From Trichothermofontia sichuanensis B231 (GTDB taxonomy: Bacteria > Cyanobacteriota > Cyanobacteriia > B231), in contig NZ_CP110848.1 of assembly GCF_026240635.1 (NCBI RefSeq), positions 2,785,741 to 2,809,740 of the forward strand: a stretch of 24,000 bases of DNA, in the 5' to 3' direction. The position numbers and the translations under genes were made by a program. How positions within the stretch are numbered: the first letter of the stretch is position 1; each line of letters opens with the position of its first letter. Under the pieces are notes generated by a model, which made no database searches, was not told where the DNA came from, and saw only the letters and a program-made list of their open reading frames with translations. This document shows, piece by piece, positions 19,855-24,000 of the stretch.

Positions 19855-19962
19855 TTATGGTCAATCCAAATAAGAACGATACAATTTTTCACTCCCCTCT
19901 CCCGCTCTGGGAGAGGGGTTGGGGGTGAGGGTGGTGTTTCAGCCTAAATTGCAATGACTATA
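19855..19962. repeat. Dispersed MITE-like intergenic repeat, copy B
   Basis: TTATGGTCAATCCAAATAAGAACGATACAATTTTTCACTCCCCTCTCCCGCTCTGGGAGAGGGG...CAGCCTAAATTGCAATGACTATA is close to identical to copy A. Confidence 0.8.
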
Positions 19963-20345
19963 GGCATCCCCCTGATTACGGGAATCCGTGATCAGTTCCG
20001 GCGTGATCAGTTCCGGTTTGAGACGAACCACTGCTTGCCGATCGCCTGCCGCTCTTGCCGTGTCCCCCGGCTCAGTCCGGCTCCCTGCCCGATTATGGTA
20101 GGCGAAGAGTTGATCATGGTCAGGCAGCGCCCCCATCACATCGCCCAATACAAACCGGAAACTCCCCCGAAAACCTAACCCTTCCCCATCATCTGTGCGG
20201 GGCAGTATTGTCCGCAGCACGATCGTCGGGATCAAACTCAGTAAAATAGCAAGGCTCAGCCAACGATCGCTGTCGGGCAGCACCGCAAACAACCAGTCAA
20301 CTTCCAGGCGGCGATTTGATGGTCATCATCCCCCCTAACTAGCCC

Positions 20346-20380
20346 GATCGCGCCTAGCCCCCCTGATCGCGCCTAGCCCC
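20346..20380. repeat. Short direct repeat GATCGCGCCTAGCCCC x2, 19-nt period
   Basis: 20346-20361 and 20365-20380, overlapping the 3' end of the minus-strand ORF 20354-20872. Confidence 0.6.
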
Positions 20381-20872
20381 TAGGACATCTATAAAATAAT
20401 CGGGTGATTGCGGGGTAATCAGTAACGGCAAGTGGACCGATCGCTCCACCAAAACCATCTGATCCGCTCGCGACACGTAAAATTCCAGCCAGCCAGCTTT
20501 GTTGGTCCATAACCATCCAAAGCCACCCCACAGACCTGCAACGCCGATCCGCAATGCCAGATGACCACAGCGTTGTTGGAATTGATCCAAGTTGAGCAAT
20601 TGCGTCTGGGTAATTGTCGCCAACGGGATCACCCGCCGCCAAACCGGAAACACAATGACCAGATGGCGATCTGTGACGCGAAAATACACTGGACGACAGC
20701 CTAACCAAACTCCGGCATAGAGCAAAGCCAATAATACCGCTATTCCAGCTAGGCTGACGTTCTGTAGCACGAAAGCCACCCCCAGCAATACTATCGGTAA
20801 CAAGAGCAGTGCGATCGTCAACCCCCGAATTAGCGGTGACATGGGTGCGAGTGGGAAATAATCAGGTGTCAT
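20354..20872 (-). CDS. Hypothetical membrane protein, N-terminal TM pair and possible PH-like C-terminal part
   Basis: 172 aa. Hydrophobic LTIALLLLPIVLLGVAFVLQNVSLAGIAVLLALLYAGVWL, then YFRVTDRHLVIVFPVWRRVIPLATITQTQLL and VLVERSVHLPLLITPQSPDYFIDVL. Confidence 0.7.
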   Translation of the reverse strand: MTPDYFPLAPMSPLIRGLTIALLLLPIVLLGVAFVLQNVSLAGIAVLLALLYAGVWLGCRPVYFRVTDRHLVIVFPVWRRVIPLATITQTQLLNLDQFQQRCGHLALRIGVAGLWGGFGWLWTNKAGWLEFYVSRADQMVLVERSVHLPLLITPQSPDYFIDVLGARRDQGG

Positions 20873-21113
20873 AATGCTCCGCCCTAGTCATGGAATTGTT
20901 CACAAGTGATGAACTCCAGCATTTCTGTTTGAACTGAGGTTCAAAGTTGCGGCTAGAACCCTTCAGCATCAGGTATCACGGCATCTCACTGGTTCAGGAA
21001 TCGCTGTAGCATTCTAATCATAACCTCCACAGGTTTCGGCAAAAATCCGCTCATGCCTGAAGCCAATTCTGACACCTTGCACCTTTTATTGTTTTCCCAT
21101 GAGGTAAGTGGCT

Positions 21114-21225
21114 GGCTCTCCTGTGTTTATGGTGGGGGCGCTACGCGCTCCTACCATAAACACAGCGTTTCGGCTCTTTGATGTGTAGTTACCTATACGG
21201 TTTACTCCATAAACTCAGAAGAGCC
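21114..21225. mobile_element. Non-autonomous MITE-like element (ISL3-like target duplication)
   Basis: Left end GGCTCTCCTGTGTTTATGG (21114-21132) and right end CCATAAACTCAGAAGAGCC (21207-21225) are inverted repeats with 17/19 matches. They are flanked by a perfect 8-bp direct repeat AAGTGGCT (21106-21113 and 21226-21233). Confidence 0.85.
21121..21165. repeat. 45-nt hairpin (21-bp arms, 3-nt loop) inside the MITE-like element
   Basis: CTGTGTTTATGGTGGGGGCGC - TAC - GCGCTCCTACCATAAACACAG, with only two G-U wobbles when transcribed in the plus sense. Confidence 0.9.
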
Positions 21226-21387
21226 AAGTGGCTATTGAATACTGTGCTATAAGTTATCTCTAAGCGTTAGTTGATCAAACTCAATTGATTGCACCGCTGT
21301 TCAAACCATGCAAACAGCCAACAAGCAACCATTCTCCCGCTAGAATAAATCCAGGTAGTTCCACCGGGCTACTCCAAGGATGACAAC

Positions 21388-21454
21388 GCAATCATTAACA
21401 TAATCGCGTAATCATTAACGTAATCACAGTAACGTAATCATTAATGCAATCATT
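21388..21454 (+). promoter_or_regulatory. Iterated GYAATCATTAAY motif immediately upstream of flv3
   Basis: GCAATCATTAAC (21388), GTAATCATTAAC (21408), GTAATCACAGTAAC (21420, degenerate), GTAATCATTAAT (21434), GCAATCATT (21446). The flv3 ATG is at 21475. Confidence 0.45.
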
Positions 21455-21474
21455 GAAGACGCAAGGGAGGCACT

Positions 21475-23208
21475 ATGGTTGGAATGGCTGCAACCGCTAC
21501 ACGGCGACTCACCCTACAAGTAGTTGAAGACATTGCCGCTGACACCACTGTCATTCGATCGCTCGACTGGGATCGCGATCGCTTTGATATTGAATTTGGC
21601 CTGCGCAATGGTACCACCTACAACTCCTTTTTAATTCGGGGTGAGAAAGTGGCCCTTGTAGATACCTCCCATGAAAAATTTCGCCAACTGTATCTCGAGG
21701 CACTGCAAAAGCTTATTGAGCCCACCACAATTGATTACTTGATTATTAGCCACACCGAACCCGATCATAGTGGCCTTGTCCGGGATTTCCTGGCCTTGGC
21801 TCCCCAAGTTACGGTGGTTGGCTCTAAAGTTGCTTTGCAATTTCTTGATAACTTAGTCCACCGCCCCTTTGAGCGCCTGATTGTCAAAAATGGCGATCAA
21901 ATTGACCTGGGGAAGGGTCATCTCTTAGAAGCTGTCATTGCCCCTAACCTGCACTGGCCGGATACGATTTTCACCTTCGATCACAAAACCCGTATCCTGT
22001 TTACCTGCGATGCTTTTGGGATGCACTATTGTTCTGACAAACTCTTTGATGAAGATCTACACGAGATCGAGGCTGACTTCCAATTCTACTACGACTGTCT
22101 CATGGGTCCCAATGCCCGCTCGGTGCTATCGGCGATGAAACGAATGCAATCCTTGGGGGAAATTAGCACGATCGCGACCGGCCACGGGCCACTCCTGCGC
22201 TACAATCTAGGTGAACTCACAGGCCGCTACCGGGAATGGAGCCAGAACCAGGCCAAAGCGGAAACCACTGTTGCCGTTTTTTATGTCTCTGACTACGGCT
22301 ACAGCGATCGCCTCTCCCAAGCGATCGCCCGTGGGGTGACCAAAACGGGCGTGGCGGTGGACATGGTGGATCTCAAATCTACTGACCTTCAGGAAATTCG
22401 GGAGATCGTGGGGGAAGCTGCGGGCCTGATTATTGGTACTCCTCCGGCATCGGGGCCAGCTCTCGCAGCCACCCAAGCTGCCCTCAGTACGGTCCTTGCC
22501 TCAGCCCACCCTGGGCAGGTCATTGGTCTGTTTGAGTCGCATGGGGAGGATGATGAACCCATCTATCCCCTGCAAAATAAATTCCGGGACTTGGGGTTGG
22601 GAGAAGCCTTCCCTGCGATTTGCATTACCGACGCGGAGGTCACGGAAGCCATTTACCAACGCTGCGAAGAATCCGGCACGGACGTAGGGCAATTCCTTAG
22701 CCGCGATCGCGCTATTAAGCAAATGAAGGCGTTGGATACCGATCTGGATAAGGCCCTGGGGCGGCTGAGTGGCGGACTCTACATCATTACTGCTCGCAAA
22801 GGGGATAGCAGTGGGGCAATGCTAGCGTCGTGGGTGTCCCAGGCCAGTTTTCAACCCCTGGGAGTCTCGATCGCCGTGGCGAAGGATCGCGCCATTGAAT
22901 CCCTGATGCAGGTGGGCGATCGCTTTGTCCTCAATGTTTTAGAAGAGGGGAACCACCTCGCCCTTATGAAGCACTTCCTCAAGCGTTTTCCCCCTGGCGC
23001 TGATCGCTTTGCTGGGGTAAAAACCTACGAAGCAGAAAATGGGGCACCGATTCTGGCTGACGCCTTGGCCTATATGGAATGTGAGGTGATCAGCCGTATG
23101 GACTGTAGTGATCACTGGATTGTTTACAGCAGCATTCAGACGGGTCGGGTGTCGAAGCCCGAAGCACTGACGGCAGTTCACCATCGCAAGGTTGGCAATC
23201 ATTATTAG
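21475..23208 (+). CDS. flv3: Flavodiiron protein (diflavin flavoprotein), Flv3-type
   Basis: 577 aa with a beta-lactamase-like diiron domain and intact ligands (SHTEPDHSG, PNLHWPDT, FTCDAFGMHYC, TGHGP), a flavodoxin domain (VFYVSDYGYSDRLSQAI, GTPPASGPA) and a C-terminal flavin-reductase domain. GGGAGG RBS. Confidence 0.88.
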   Translation: MVGMAATATRRLTLQVVEDIAADTTVIRSLDWDRDRFDIEFGLRNGTTYNSFLIRGEKVALVDTSHEKFRQLYLEALQKLIEPTTIDYLIISHTEPDHSGLVRDFLALAPQVTVVGSKVALQFLDNLVHRPFERLIVKNGDQIDLGKGHLLEAVIAPNLHWPDTIFTFDHKTRILFTCDAFGMHYCSDKLFDEDLHEIEADFQFYYDCLMGPNARSVLSAMKRMQSLGEISTIATGHGPLLRYNLGELTGRYREWSQNQAKAETTVAVFYVSDYGYSDRLSQAIARGVTKTGVAVDMVDLKSTDLQEIREIVGEAAGLIIGTPPASGPALAATQAALSTVLASAHPGQVIGLFESHGEDDEPIYPLQNKFRDLGLGEAFPAICITDAEVTEAIYQRCEESGTDVGQFLSRDRAIKQMKALDTDLDKALGRLSGGLYIITARKGDSSGAMLASWVSQASFQPLGVSIAVAKDRAIESLMQVGDRFVLNVLEEGNHLALMKHFLKRFPPGADRFAGVKTYEAENGAPILADALAYMECEVISRMDCSDHWIVYSSIQTGRVSKPEALTAVHHRKVGNHY

Positions 23209-23520
23209 GATTGACCCCCCTGATCCACGGTATACGGATGGTTTGGAAGCAGCCGACCTCATTGCGAATACGTCGGGTTTCATCCAGTGAGGTAACCCCC
23301 CTGATTGAGTGAAAAAACTCCAACTGCCCTCACCCCAACCCCTCTCTCCCGCTCTGGGAGAGGGGCCTGGGAGCCAGGTTTTGGGGGCAAAGTCCCTTCG
23401 CCCTTGGAGGGATAAGGCATTTAGGCGTGAGGATAGAGAAGTGAGCTGTCAGGGCAACTGAGTGACTACAGCCTTTACCTAATTTACTCAGTACACCGTT
23501 AAGGTTTGGATCTTGATCCG

Positions 23521-23577
23521 ACCGGCAGCCCTCATCCCCCCACCCCTTCTCCCCACTTGGGAGAAGGGGAGCCGGAT
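23521..23577. repeat. Second dispersed hairpin repeat, copy 2 (reverse orientation)
   Basis: Reverse complement AATCCGGCTCCCCTTCTCCCAAGTGGGGAGAAGGGGTGGGGGGATGAGGGCTGCCGGT matches 9520-9577. Confidence 0.7.
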
Positions 23578-23738
23578 TTTCAAGTCGCTCTCCGGCTCTG
23601 GGAGAGGGAAGTGAACAACTGTATTTTTCTTATTGGGATTGACCATAGAAGCGGTTCTACTCGATATTACTCGATATTAGTAGTCTGTCCCTGAATGCCA
23701 TTGCTGAGAACTTGGATGTATCGGCCTAGGCAGTTCAG

Positions 23739-23843
23739 TTATAGTCATTGCCATTTAGGCTGAAACAGCCCCCTCAACCCCAACCCCTCTCCCACAGGGG
23801 GAGAGGGGCTTAGACATCTCTTTCTAATTTGAAATAACTATAA
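23739..23843. repeat. Dispersed MITE-like intergenic repeat, copy C (reverse orientation, diverged)
   Basis: TTATAGTCATTGCCATTTAGGCTGAAACAGCCCCCTCAACCCC...CCCCTCTCCCACAGGGGGAGAGGGG...TTGAAATAACTATAA. The ends are TTATAG / CTATAA. Confidence 0.7.
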
Positions 23844-23853
23844 CTAACCTGTC

Positions 23854-24000
23854 TCAGTCCAACTCTGAGGTCTGGGTCTGAGGCCAGGGCAAGCTGCGAT
23901 CTTGTGCCAACAATTGTGCGATCGCGGCAGCCCCCCATTGATTGAGATGGCTCGGATCATCGAAAAACGCATAGTTTTGGGGCCAACGCCGACCATAATC
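23854..24000 (-). CDS. 3' end of a CDS running off the right edge; possible SGNH-hydrolase-like C-terminus
   Basis: The minus frame from 24000 is open for 48 codons to TGA at 23854: DYGRRWPQNYAFFDDPSHLNQWGAAAIAQLLAQDRSLPWPQTQTSELD*. DDPSHLNQWGA resembles the DxxH block of SGNH enzymes. Confidence 0.6.
   Translation of the reverse strand, partial: DYGRRWPQNYAFFDDPSHLNQWGAAAIAQLLAQDRSLPWPQTQTSELD

Noticed and set aside
19939-20292. 117-aa minus ORF and overlapping plus ORF (19954-20178)
   Set aside because: They overlap repeat copy B and each other, and contain short echo motifs (ITPELITD). I cannot support either as coding without a homology search.
23200-23850. Possible CRISPR or toxin-type repeat array
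   Set aside because: The repeated CT/GA-rich hairpins are not regularly spaced with unique spacers. They belong to the dispersed repeat families.

Overview
The window is a cyanobacterial chromosomal segment. HIP1 octamers (GCGATCGC) are frequent, e.g. at 602-609, 2762-2769 and 3743-3750. The gene content is mostly core and photosynthetic: hemE, ileS, tsf, rpsB, a Rubisco cluster (rbcL-rbcX-rbcS with a Rubisco-activase-like gene 0.56 kb downstream on the same strand), a secreted seven-blade propeller protein, a lipoyl synthase, a receiver-domain regulator, recR, ycf4, the overlapping psbD/psbC pair, a membrane protein, and an Flv3-type flavodiiron protein. I see no CRISPR array, tRNA/rRNA, prophage or defence island, and no clear novel multigene system. 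The most interesting signals are small: (i) a 112-bp MITE-like element upstream of flv3 with 19-bp terminal inverted repeats and a perfect 8-bp target-site duplication; (ii) a recR gene whose conserved N-terminus and ideally placed AAGGAG imply an ACG start codon; (iii) a second, approx. 105-109 bp dispersed repeat with three copies, one bracketed by a 16-bp direct repeat; (iv) an iterated GYAATCATTAAY motif just upstream of flv3; (v) a frameshifted transposase relic next to a truncated TPR relic; (vi) a stand-alone activase-like gene without a small-subunit-like tail; (vii) a partial CDS at the right edge missed by the ORF track.
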